Origin: Acutalibacteraceae bacterium
GTDB lineage: Bacteria > Bacillota > Clostridia > Christensenellales > CAG-138
Length of the DNA stretch: 64,000 nt
Reading direction: 5' to 3'
Assembly: GCA_963640685.1 (NCBI GenBank)
Contig: CAVIAA010000004.1
Coordinates: 543 to 64,542, forward strand
The first letter of the stretch is position 1, and each line of letters begins with the position of its first letter. The position numbers were made by a program, and so were the translations under genes. The notes under the pieces are model-generated. The model searched no databases, had not been told where the DNA came from, and saw only the letters and a program-made list of their open reading frames with translations. Shown one piece after another: positions 55,696 to 64,000 of the stretch.

Positions 55696-56838
55696 TTAGC
55701 AAACGGCGGGAGAGATGTCAAGGGTGGGGCACCTCCGCAACGCATCCGCCACCGCCGCCGCGACCTCAACGGCATCCTCCGGCTTATTATCCCGCCCGAA
55801 GGATATGCGTATCGTACCCTCTGCATATTCCAGCGGTACGCCGATCGCGCGGATCACATGCGAAAGGTGGGTGCTTACCGAATCGCAGGCGGAGCCGGTC
55901 GAAATAGATATCCCTTTCAAATCCAGCCGGTGCAGCAGCGCTTCGCCGCTCGCCCCGCGAATGGAGATGTTGATATTTCCCGGGAGCCGTTTTTCCGCGC
56001 CGTTTCTAATAAAGTCAACTCCTCCCCGTCTCAGGGCGTCAATAAAGTTGGCCTCCATTGCGCGCAGCCTTTCGGCGGTCTGATATATTCCGCTGCAGTT
56101 CTTTTTCAGCGCCGTCGCCATGCCCACGATGCCCGCAACGTTCTCCGTGCCGGCGCGCATTCCGCGCTCCTGCACCCCGCCGTCGGCATACGGCACAAGA
56201 AGCGTTCCGCGGCGAACATACAAAAAGCCGGTCCCCTTTGGGCCGTTGAACTTATGCGCCGAGGCCGAGAGCATGTCCACCCCGAGACCGCTTACATCAA
56301 CCGGAATATGGCCAACTGCCTGAACCGCATCGGTGTGGAACAGCGCCCCGCGCGCATGCGCAACAGTGGCCAGCTCTTTAATCGGCTCGATAGTGCCTAT
56401 TTCGTTATTCGCGAGCATGACCGAAACAAGGGTGGGGGAACCCTCTGCGCTCAGCGCTTCCTCCAGCACCGCCGGCAAAAGTATGCCTTTTGTATCGACC
56501 GGCAGGCGTGCTGCGTTCCTGCATGCGTTCAGAACGGCATGGTGCTCTATCGCCGATGTAAAAACCTTACGGCCGCCGCCGCTCAAGCCAGAGCATTTCA
56601 GCGCCCAGTTATCGCTTTCAGTCCCACCCGAAGTAAAAAATATTTCATCCGGCAACGCGCCGATGCAGCCGGCGATAGTCTCTCTCGCCTCAAGGATGGC
56701 CTTTTTCGGCCGGCGCGCAAGGGCGTAGGGCTGCGAGGCGTTGCCGTAATCCTCCAGCAAAAAGGGCTTCATCGCCTCAAAGGCGTCGGCATCCAGCCTT
56801 GTCGTCGCCGCGTTGTCGGCGTAGATAAACCGCTTCAC
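55696..56838 (-). CDS. Cysteine desulfurase (NifS/IscS class V aminotransferase)
   Basis: IYADNAATTR, PLP-lysine SAHKFNGPKG, catalytic Cys STGSACDS. GTG 56838 lies 5 nt after GAGGTG and only 17 nt downstream of the brxL stop. Confidence 0.9.
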   Translation of the reverse strand: MKRFIYADNAATTRLDADAFEAMKPFLLEDYGNASQPYALARRPKKAILEARETIAGCIGALPDEIFFTSGGTESDNWALKCSGLSGGGRKVFTSAIEHHAVLNACRNAARLPVDTKGILLPAVLEEALSAEGSPTLVSVMLANNEIGTIEPIKELATVAHARGALFHTDAVQAVGHIPVDVSGLGVDMLSASAHKFNGPKGTGFLYVRRGTLLVPYADGGVQERGMRAGTENVAGIVGMATALKKNCSGIYQTAERLRAMEANFIDALRRGGVDFIRNGAEKRLPGNINISIRGASGEALLHRLDLKGISISTGSACDSVSTHLSHVIRAIGVPLEYAEGTIRISFGRDNKPEDAVEVAAAVADALRRCPTLDISPAVC

Positions 56839-56855
56839 AGTAACACCTCGGTGCT

Positions 56856-58322
56856 TCAATAGTTATACTGAATATCGGGAATAGCGTTTTTCCCCGGAAC
56901 GTTGAACTCCTTCGGGTCGATGATGCAAAGCTGCTTCTTGATTACGGCCCGCATTTCCTTTGCCGGCTCAAGGCAGTATTCGATAAATTCCTGCGGGTCA
57001 ATGTCTTCTTTTGACCTGGCATGAGGATAGAGGAGCTTTACAAACGCAGTGCAGAGGCGCTTGATCGCAGTAAGATCCCGCTGATCCGCCCCCTTCGGGA
57101 TGCTTAGGCATTCGTCTACGATCGAGCTTTGAGTCAGGTCCTCCCTCAGCTCATGCATCACTTCTGCAAAGTACTCGGTATTGATCGCCCACCCGTTGGC
57201 TATCATGGAAGAGTTCATTCTGGGTATTTCCCAGCCCGGTATGAACCCGTGGAACCTGTCGAGCGTTGCAGACTCGCCGAAAACGCTGCTGATATGCTCG
57301 ACCATGTTGGTATTAACGTTGAATCTTTCTGCGTTGATATTACCCAGAACGATCACGCCGGCATCTGCCGGTGTTTGAGAGTCAAAGCCCTTTATTTCGC
57401 CAAACTCCATATAGTGCTTCAAGGCCTGCTGTATTTGCCCGGGCTGCTCAAAGGTTATGGACTGCACCTCGTCAAAGCCGACATAATCAAACCGCGTCAG
57501 TAAGCCGCCGGTCTTCTTTGCGTTGTCGTAGATGAGCGACGCACGGGAGACCGTGCCGCCGCTGATGAGCCAGCCGCGCTTGCTTATTTTTTCGAATACA
57601 TAGCTTTTCCCGGTGCCCTTTGGAGCCAGCTCTATCAGGTTCACGCGCTTTTCAACGAAGGGCAGCAGGCGGCGCAGGAAGAACAGCTTCTTTTTTTCGC
57701 TCTCTTCGCCGTTTTCGTCGGTATAACCGGCGGGGTTGTAGTCGATGGCGGTCAAAACCACGTCGATCCATTCATGAATATCGAACTCGGCTCTGTATTC
57801 CTTAAAATCGTCCAGGTCAATAGCATAAGGGCAAAACGGCTTATACTCGACCATTGCAACGAAGCCCTTTGGCTTTGACCTTGAAGCCTCCAGTTGCCAC
57901 GACAGCGTGATGATACCCCAGTTTTCGCTCTCCCTAAGCAGCGTATCCTGCCATTTTTCCACGACGTCGTTGTTTACGACGCCCCCGGCGCCGCCGCGGT
58001 TGCCGCCAAAATCGGGCAGCTCAAACTGTGTTTTTCCCGTCTTTATATCGACATTCACGCGCACGCGGGCCAAAAACTGAACATTTTCCCCGTTCACCAT
58101 TCTGAACTTGAATTGTTCATAGTCCTCCCGAGAGGGGATATACTTGTTGATATAGCGCCTTACCGCTTCGTAATCGATCGCTCCGTCCTCATCGGAGAAC
58201 CTCATAACGAGCCAATCCCGCATATACGACGGGATACTGAGCTTGGAGAAGTACTCACTTCTCTGAGGATCCTTGAGCACGACCATGTCCGCAAATACTT
58301 CCCGAATTTTATTCTCTAACAT
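56856..58322 (-). CDS. brxL: BREX BrxL-like AAA+ ATPase, short form without recognisable Lon protease domain
   Basis: N-terminus ENKIREVFADMVVLKDPQRSEYFSKLSIPSYMRDWLVMRF is BrxL-like. Walker A LAPKGTGKS and Walker B YVGFDEVQ. Last gene after pglZ. Confidence 0.75.
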   Translation of the reverse strand: MLENKIREVFADMVVLKDPQRSEYFSKLSIPSYMRDWLVMRFSDEDGAIDYEAVRRYINKYIPSREDYEQFKFRMVNGENVQFLARVRVNVDIKTGKTQFELPDFGGNRGGAGGVVNNDVVEKWQDTLLRESENWGIITLSWQLEASRSKPKGFVAMVEYKPFCPYAIDLDDFKEYRAEFDIHEWIDVVLTAIDYNPAGYTDENGEESEKKKLFFLRRLLPFVEKRVNLIELAPKGTGKSYVFEKISKRGWLISGGTVSRASLIYDNAKKTGGLLTRFDYVGFDEVQSITFEQPGQIQQALKHYMEFGEIKGFDSQTPADAGVIVLGNINAERFNVNTNMVEHISSVFGESATLDRFHGFIPGWEIPRMNSSMIANGWAINTEYFAEVMHELREDLTQSSIVDECLSIPKGADQRDLTAIKRLCTAFVKLLYPHARSKEDIDPQEFIEYCLEPAKEMRAVIKKQLCIIDPKEFNVPGKNAIPDIQYNY

Positions 58323-58333
58323 ATCAAAGCTCC

Positions 58334-58534
58334 TTAGAGGAACAGGGTGCAGCCCTGCTCCTTGAATTCACTGATCTTTATATTCAGGTCTTCTACCTCA
58401 CAGCCGAGAAATTCGGCAAAACAGGCAAGGCAGTAAAATTCTTCCGTGTCTACGTCAACGAGTTTCATCGTGAGCGCGACCTCGTCTTTTGTTAAAGCTC
58501 TTCCGCACTCGCAGCAGGTTTTTTTCTTTGCCAC
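58334..58534 (-). CDS. 66-aa CxxC...CxxC zinc-ribbon-like protein embedded in the BREX operon
   Basis: The GTG start overlaps the pglZ stop (TAGTG). Its stop overlaps the AAGGAG RBS of brxL. Translation contains CCEC and CLAC pairs. Codon usage looks like the neighbouring genes. Confidence 0.6.
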   Translation of the reverse strand: MAKKKTCCECGRALTKDEVALTMKLVDVDTEEFYCLACFAEFLGCEVEDLNIKISEFKEQGCTLFL

Positions 58535-60885
58535 TATATATCACCCCCGCCACCCAGCGCAGATATTATCGTAAGCGGCATATCGACGTTCACGAGCCTT
58601 CCGTCGGCAACGATAACCGGGGCGTATTCTCCGGGCTCTATTTTCTCCAGGGTTATCTCCCATGTTTTTCCGTTGCCGCTGTCGCTGACCGCCGCTTGAA
58701 CTGTGCCGACCTTCACCTCAAGCGTTTTTATCTCCTTGCTGAACTCAAGCGCAGCTCTTGCGGCCTTTCTTTTTAGCCTGACCTCAGCCTTGCCGTTTGC
58801 CCATTTTGCCGTAAGCGGCACGCTGATCCTGCTCTCAAAGACCACCACGGGAACTATCATCTCCTCGGGCGATGCACCCCCGTGCACTTCGCCATAGGTC
58901 GCGCGGTCTTCGTCCTTTCCCGTGGCAAAGCCGCTAAGAGAAAAATGGTCGTACGACGCAAACACGAGGTAATGCCGGCCGGATGGATCGACGACTTCTT
59001 TCATTCCTTCATAAACCGCCTCCGGTTTGGATCCGATGCTGCAGTATCTGCCGTGGCTGCGCGGCTCCGAATCCTTAAACGCCGGCAGGCCCTTTCGAGC
59101 GTGAAAGAATCTAGCGGCAAGGCGGCTCGCCCCGTGATCCCCGGTTATTATCACGCGCTGATGAGTTTTAAGAAGCTCGCTGACCTTGTCCGACACCCCA
59201 TTGAAAAAGCCGAGCTGCTCCTCGATGCAGGCGTAATAATCCGGCTCGTCTACCACCCCTTTATGTGCAAGCTTATCCAGCTTATCGAGCTTTGCGTATG
59301 GCACGTCCATCTGTTTCCATTGTTCGTTAAACTCCGTTTCCGTAGGCAGCAAAGCCTTTGTCAGTGCGCAATGTGAAACGGCTCCGTCCTTGTTCTTCGA
59401 GAGCCGGCCCAGCAGCAGCGAGAGATATTCAAAGCCAAGGCCGTCTATCCACAGCATTGCCGTGCCGCCGGTAAGGCTTTGCTTTATCACAGAATAGCGG
59501 GAGGGCAAGGTTTCCGGCTCAATGCCCCTGAAAAAGGCTTTTTCTGACTCCGGCAGCGTATTGGAAAGCTTATATACCTTGTACTCGGAGATATATTCGT
59601 TATAGACCGCCCCCAATTCGCCCGGCATCGGGCTCAAATATGACCACAGCAGGGGGTAGCGCAGCTTTAGCTCCTCGGAGGCGCAGGCCGCTTTTGCATC
59701 CTGCCTTAGCCATTGCCCGACAGTGCGGAGAGTATACGTGCGTTCCTCGCTCGTTGCATCGCTTAGAAGCGTCAGCCTTTCTTCATAGTTCGCTATGCGG
59801 CTCAGCTTTGCAAAATAGGCATCGCTCTTTTTGATGTTCAGCCCCTGAATAAGCTGCTTATATTCCGCTATCCAGTCGCTATGGAGCTGCATCTCGCCAA
59901 ATATATCCAGCAAAATGTGCTCCTCGAGCTCCTCTATTTCATACTTTTCAAGGCAGCGGCACAGATAGCTCTCGTCCGGGTTAAGCTGATACCAGAGCTT
60001 GAGCAGCTGACGCTTGCCCTTTGAAAGGCTGTTCCATTTAGCCATCACGGCGATGCCGTCAAAGGTCAGCATATTGAACCGGTGGAGTATCGCGTCCCTA
60101 ACCGAGATGTTCTTTAGCGATTCATCAAAGAGCTCGCTCAGCACCTCCTCGCTGCAGGCCTCCTCCCTTAGCTCATGGCCGCCCTGCAAATTTTTGCTGA
60201 CAAACTCATAAATTGTTTTTATCGGGCGGATCGTTATATCTACGTTCACGGGGATCACCGATCCGGCTTGCCTAGTAAGCAGGCAATAATCGTCCGTGAG
60301 CTGCGTCTCGTTCAGCATGCGCCCATACCATTCTCGCAAGCCGACTATCAGATCGTATTTTTTGCTCAGCTTATCGCGATGCTCCTCAAACGCAGAGGAG
60401 AACACCGTTATGCTCTTTTGCTCGTGATCCGGCTCATGATCCATGACCGAATAAACGAAGTCTTTTTGGCGTTCATCGGTCCTCAGCCCGAGGGATGCGT
60501 CGTTCCAGTGTGCATCGCAATTCCACAACGGAATGACGATACGCCCCGTGCTGGAGGCATCGACCATCGCATGCCAAAGCTTTGCAAACCGCCCGGAGCG
60601 CCGCTCACTTTCGTAAAACAGCCGCAGGTATTCGTCGACGCCCGGCAGCAAGACCCATTCATTCGGCTTTACCGTTTCCGGCAGCCTGTCGTATGCGGGC
60701 ATGACATCGGCGCCGGAAAACAGCTCTTCGAGCGACACAACCCTGTCGCACAGCTTTTTAAGCTCCGAAACCGCGCTGCAGTAGTCCTCCCTGCTGTGGA
60801 GCAGGAGCGCGCGGCACGGGAACCGGGAGCTGACCTTATTCTTTTTTCCTGCTCTGAGGTCGTTTATGCTCTCTTGCAGCTTCAT
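58534..60885 (-). CDS. pglZ: BREX alkaline-phosphatase-superfamily protein PglZ
   Basis: PglZ-type motifs WIDGLGFEYLSLLLG and VIITGDHGASRLA. ATG 60885 lies 8 nt after AAGGGGGGG. The in-frame ATG at 60906 would overlap the brxC stop. Confidence 0.85.
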   Translation of the reverse strand: MKLQESINDLRAGKKNKVSSRFPCRALLLHSREDYCSAVSELKKLCDRVVSLEELFSGADVMPAYDRLPETVKPNEWVLLPGVDEYLRLFYESERRSGRFAKLWHAMVDASSTGRIVIPLWNCDAHWNDASLGLRTDERQKDFVYSVMDHEPDHEQKSITVFSSAFEEHRDKLSKKYDLIVGLREWYGRMLNETQLTDDYCLLTRQAGSVIPVNVDITIRPIKTIYEFVSKNLQGGHELREEACSEEVLSELFDESLKNISVRDAILHRFNMLTFDGIAVMAKWNSLSKGKRQLLKLWYQLNPDESYLCRCLEKYEIEELEEHILLDIFGEMQLHSDWIAEYKQLIQGLNIKKSDAYFAKLSRIANYEERLTLLSDATSEERTYTLRTVGQWLRQDAKAACASEELKLRYPLLWSYLSPMPGELGAVYNEYISEYKVYKLSNTLPESEKAFFRGIEPETLPSRYSVIKQSLTGGTAMLWIDGLGFEYLSLLLGRLSKNKDGAVSHCALTKALLPTETEFNEQWKQMDVPYAKLDKLDKLAHKGVVDEPDYYACIEEQLGFFNGVSDKVSELLKTHQRVIITGDHGASRLAARFFHARKGLPAFKDSEPRSHGRYCSIGSKPEAVYEGMKEVVDPSGRHYLVFASYDHFSLSGFATGKDEDRATYGEVHGGASPEEMIVPVVVFESRISVPLTAKWANGKAEVRLKRKAARAALEFSKEIKTLEVKVGTVQAAVSDSGNGKTWEITLEKIEPGEYAPVIVADGRLVNVDMPLTIISALGGGGDI

Positions 60886-60898
60886 GGCAGGCCCCCCC

Positions 60899-63800
60899 TT
60901 AACCATTAAAATCGTCGCAGAACTCAGGGTGTGCGCTCAAAAATACGGACACCTTGTCCTTTAGCGCATCCTCGCTCATGCGCTTAACATGCATCTGAGT
61001 GCTTTGCAGCTTCTCCTTTTTGGCTTTTTCTACCTGATATTCTTTCAGGGTCTTTTGGACCGTCGTCAGGTCGGTGGCGCCCCACCCGCTCACGTCGTTG
61101 CCAAGCTTTAGCTTGAGCCTGGCAACTATCTCATCCCTTTTTTCTTCAAATACATCCTTGTAGTCGCTGCCGATGGCATCCATAAACGCCCGCTCTGCCG
61201 CTGCCCTATCCGTCAGAACCGTATTATCCATCGTATCCAGCATATTTATCGCGGCAAGTACATCCTGATCCAGCGTGCGCTCACCGTTTTGCACCGCGAT
61301 AAGCGTGCTGATAGCCTTTACAGCGTCCTTTGGAACGACCCAGCGAAGCGGTATTCCCCGCGCATTGCTCCAGACCTTTACGGTCTCGGTGCCGCTTAAG
61401 GTCTTCCAGCGCTCCAGCAGTATAGAGCGGTTCCTGCTCTGGCTGATGCGGCCGGTCTGGTTCTTCAGCTCTCTTTCAAAATGGCTCGCCGTTGCATCGC
61501 AGGAAGTGCCCTTTAGGCCTTCGTAGATGGTCTTAAGCTCCTCTTGTGTGCAGTCGATCTGCATATGGTCCAAAATAGCTGAAAGCACGGGCTTGGCGTC
61601 CTGGATGCACTCCCATGCCTGAGTGCCGTGGCTGCGCAGGGTATCGATGTCTTTTTCCCGCTCCTCGCAGCTCATCTGGGCGACGCCCCTTTGCGAAACA
61701 CGGCGCAGCGTGACCAAGGCGCCGTACCACGGCACGTTTAGCGGCTCTATGGCCAGTATCGCGACGCGCATATGTTCAAACGCATTTCTAAGGTCCCTTA
61801 TCGCGTCCTCGTTGCTGTTATATGTATTGCGCATCGTGGCGTTGAGCGCATCCAGATACCTATATTCGGATACTACGCCCTCAAGCTTTTCCTTTACCTG
61901 AGCTTCCGTCCATGTGTATACGGCGTTCTGCATCGAGCCGAAGATCTTATCCCTGAGTCCTTCGGGCCGTATGGACAGCTTTTCTGTAATTTCCTTAAGC
62001 TCCGGCGAGACCTCGAACAGGAATGCGCTGAAGGCCTTTGACATAACGGCTTTGTCCTGAAACGCCTTAGTCATCCGCTCGCGTATCCTGCCGCGCCCGA
62101 TGAAGAGTTGGATCACGTTGGACATCGCCTCGTCTGTATTGCCCTCTTGCGAAATAAACACCTGCATGTTGTCGACGACCTGTACGGCGATATCCTTTGC
62201 CTCCGCCCCGCCGAGCGCTTCCTCCGGAACGTACTTCAAGCACCAGAATGGCGCACCGGCCTGAGTTATCCGCTCGCGAACGGAGCGCATGCCCTCGGTT
62301 TCGTTTGCGGTCTGTCCGTCCTCCAGATCGAACATCTTTTCTACGTATTTGCGGAACTTCTGCCACGTTACGGAGCCTGCGGAAAGGTAGTCCGTCGTCA
62401 TGCTTCCCCGGCAGGTATTTAGCACGAGCGTTTTTAAGTTGGCTTCATTGAGCACAAACGTGCCCTGCGAGCTGTCCGTCCAGCTATATGCGCCGTTCTT
62501 ATAGCAGCTGAACACAAAGCCGAGGAGAACGCCGCAGGCAATGGTGTTATAAAAGCCAAAGGGGGGCTGCTGCAGCTCCGCCCACATATCGCTGAGCACG
62601 ACCTTGCGCCCGGACTCCATCCTTACGCGCAAAAATTTGGCCAGGGCGCTTATGGCGTCGGCCGCCTTGCTGCCGGTAACGCCCTCGATCTCTCCTATCT
62701 TCTTTGCATTTATGATGCCCAGCTGCTTGATGACGTACAGAACGCTTGAAAGCTGAGAATTCTTTGTTTCGCGCTGTATGCCGGCAAGAGGGGCGCTGTC
62801 GTTGCAGCTCTTATAGGCCGTGTTGGTTATTACGACGTTTTCCGGCGCATACGGAAATACCTCATCCAGGACGGCGGTCCTGATGATCTTGCGCAGCTCG
62901 GCAACGCCAAAGATGTTATTCCACTGCTTTTTGCCGCACCATGCGGTGATCTTGCTGCCGCTCACGACGGAGGATACCCAGCGTGTGATCGATAGTGCAG
63001 CGTCGCTGTCATGCCGGCCCGCGTCTGCGGTGTGGCCGCTCTCGCGCGCCATATCCGCCTTGGTGATCGAGGTGAGCAGCTGCCCGCGCATGCTGTCCGT
63101 GAACGGATCGCGTACCAACGCAATTACCAGCCTGTCCTCGCCGGACCTCCGCGCCCGCTCCTCCAGCTCGCTTTGTATGGAGATCGCCTGTATCTCGCTG
63201 GCCACAGTAACGTACACAAGACCAAGCTTATAAGGATACTTTTCCAGCTCATCTGTAACTTCTTTGATGCGGCTATCAAGAGATCTATCTTCCGCGCAGC
63301 AGGCAACTACCTTCATCCTGCGGAAGGTTGCATCGTTCTCGTCCCCTGCCTGCTTTTCCAGCGCTGCGGACAGCTTCCCGTCCTTTGCAAAAAGCTGATA
63401 GCGCGTGTACTTCTTGTCGTTTTGCGCGTAGCGAACGGAAAAGTCGTCGCCGCCGGCCATGCGAAACGGCATCTGCAGCCGCTTTGTTCCGTTTGCCTGC
63501 TCATCGCAGAGCAGTATCTTGCTTTCTTCAAAGGTCGCAAGGTAATCCTTGATCTGAGCCTTGCTCAAAACGCCGCTCAGGCAGTTTTCAAGGCACTCCA
63601 CAGTTGCGGCGATGCCGCTGCTTGACCGCCTCGTGGTGTACAGCCCCTTTGTCGTGGACATGACCGCCATAAGGAGCATTGCTATCTTAAATATGCGGTG
63701 CGCATTTTCGTCGTTTTCAACGAGATAACGGCTCTCCTCGTAGTGGCGGATATACTCCGGCGCCTTTGTTTCCTTGTCGTGGAAGTCGCTTTCCCGCGTG

Positions 63801-64000
63801 AAGAAGTAGTCCCACAGCCAGTCCGGCGTCAGCCAGCATTCCTGATCCATCGGGCCATACTTGTTTATATACCCGAGGAAGCCCTGCGTTTCGTTTGCGG
63901 CGTCCTTCATAAAGCGGAACATTGTACGCTGGGCCGCGGCAAAGTTTTCCGCTACGCTGGAAAGCAGACGTATCGTCATCGGGTGCATTGGGCAAAGCTC
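60899..64000 (-). CDS. brxC: Large BREX protein, BrxC/PglY-like by position (C-terminal ~1030 aa; 5' end outside window)
   Basis: The frame stays open to nt 64000. It is a protein of more than 1030 aa directly upstream of and coupled to pglZ. I see no canonical NPPY/F or GxGxG methyltransferase motifs. The expected N-terminal P-loop would lie outside the window. Confidence 0.55.
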   Translation of the reverse strand, partial: ELCPMHPMTIRLLSSVAENFAAAQRTMFRFMKDAANETQGFLGYINKYGPMDQECWLTPDWLWDYFFTRESDFHDKETKAPEYIRHYEESRYLVENDENAHRIFKIAMLLMAVMSTTKGLYTTRRSSSGIAATVECLENCLSGVLSKAQIKDYLATFEESKILLCDEQANGTKRLQMPFRMAGGDDFSVRYAQNDKKYTRYQLFAKDGKLSAALEKQAGDENDATFRRMKVVACCAEDRSLDSRIKEVTDELEKYPYKLGLVYVTVASEIQAISIQSELEERARRSGEDRLVIALVRDPFTDSMRGQLLTSITKADMARESGHTADAGRHDSDAALSITRWVSSVVSGSKITAWCGKKQWNNIFGVAELRKIIRTAVLDEVFPYAPENVVITNTAYKSCNDSAPLAGIQRETKNSQLSSVLYVIKQLGIINAKKIGEIEGVTGSKAADAISALAKFLRVRMESGRKVVLSDMWAELQQPPFGFYNTIACGVLLGFVFSCYKNGAYSWTDSSQGTFVLNEANLKTLVLNTCRGSMTTDYLSAGSVTWQKFRKYVEKMFDLEDGQTANETEGMRSVRERITQAGAPFWCLKYVPEEALGGAEAKDIAVQVVDNMQVFISQEGNTDEAMSNVIQLFIGRGRIRERMTKAFQDKAVMSKAFSAFLFEVSPELKEITEKLSIRPEGLRDKIFGSMQNAVYTWTEAQVKEKLEGVVSEYRYLDALNATMRNTYNSNEDAIRDLRNAFEHMRVAILAIEPLNVPWYGALVTLRRVSQRGVAQMSCEEREKDIDTLRSHGTQAWECIQDAKPVLSAILDHMQIDCTQEELKTIYEGLKGTSCDATASHFERELKNQTGRISQSRNRSILLERWKTLSGTETVKVWSNARGIPLRWVVPKDAVKAISTLIAVQNGERTLDQDVLAAINMLDTMDNTVLTDRAAAERAFMDAIGSDYKDVFEEKRDEIVARLKLKLGNDVSGWGATDLTTVQKTLKEYQVEKAKKEKLQSTQMHVKRMSEDALKDKVSVFLSAHPEFCDDFNG

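Noticed and set aside
1-64000. CRISPR arrays, rRNA genes, integrases, transposases, prophage genes
   Set aside because: I looked for regularly spaced direct repeats and for recombinase-like translations in the ORF track and found none. Both accessory regions (45.3-48.0 kb and 56.9-64.0 kb) lack any visible mobility gene inside the window, so I make no mobile_element call.

Overview
64-kb window that looks like a high-G+C Clostridia-type Firmicutes chromosome. That is an inference from gene content only: DegV, DUF1846, DUF1015, YerC, DUF1292, nrdG/nrdD with NrdR boxes, lipoprotein TlpA. I can support about 60 protein-coding genes, three intact tRNAs (Thr-GGU, Ser-GCU, Ser-UGA), several canonical sigma-A promoters, operator-like palindromes and rho-independent terminators. 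I see no rRNA, CRISPR array, integrase or transposase.

Most of the window is housekeeping:
- ychF, lepB, udk, glmS, cysK, rsmI, trmO and thiN
- a zur-znuABC zinc operon
- a six-gene MarR / ABC / HlyD / MacB efflux operon

Two accessory insertions stand out.
1. A low-G+C single-gene islet at 45.3-48.0 kb encodes a DUF262+DUF1524 (GmrSD-like) nuclease. It abuts a tRNA-Ser pair, together with duplicated tRNA 3'-end fragments and an odd 134-nt tRNA-like structured element.
2. A BREX-like defence operon lies on the minus strand at the right edge (56.9-64.0 kb, cut by the window). Its order is brxC-like, pglZ, a 66-aa CxxC ORF, then a short brxL. There is no methyltransferase gene between brxC and pglZ, which is a type-4-like architecture. 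A cysteine desulfurase gene follows 17 nt downstream on the same strand. This is the best candidate for an unusual or undescribed system.

Smaller observations:
- NrdD carries a fused C-terminal CPNC thioredoxin-fold domain.
- Three phased NrdR boxes sit upstream of nrdD.
- The marR-tlpA intergenic region has paired GTTAGC-N2-GCTAAC boxes.
- The cysK-ttcA promoter has nested palindromes.
- A TPM-domain gene is translationally coupled to a double-zinc-ribbon gene.
- A MITE/REP-like hairpin element follows nrdD.

All family assignments come from motif recognition by eye. No database search was run.
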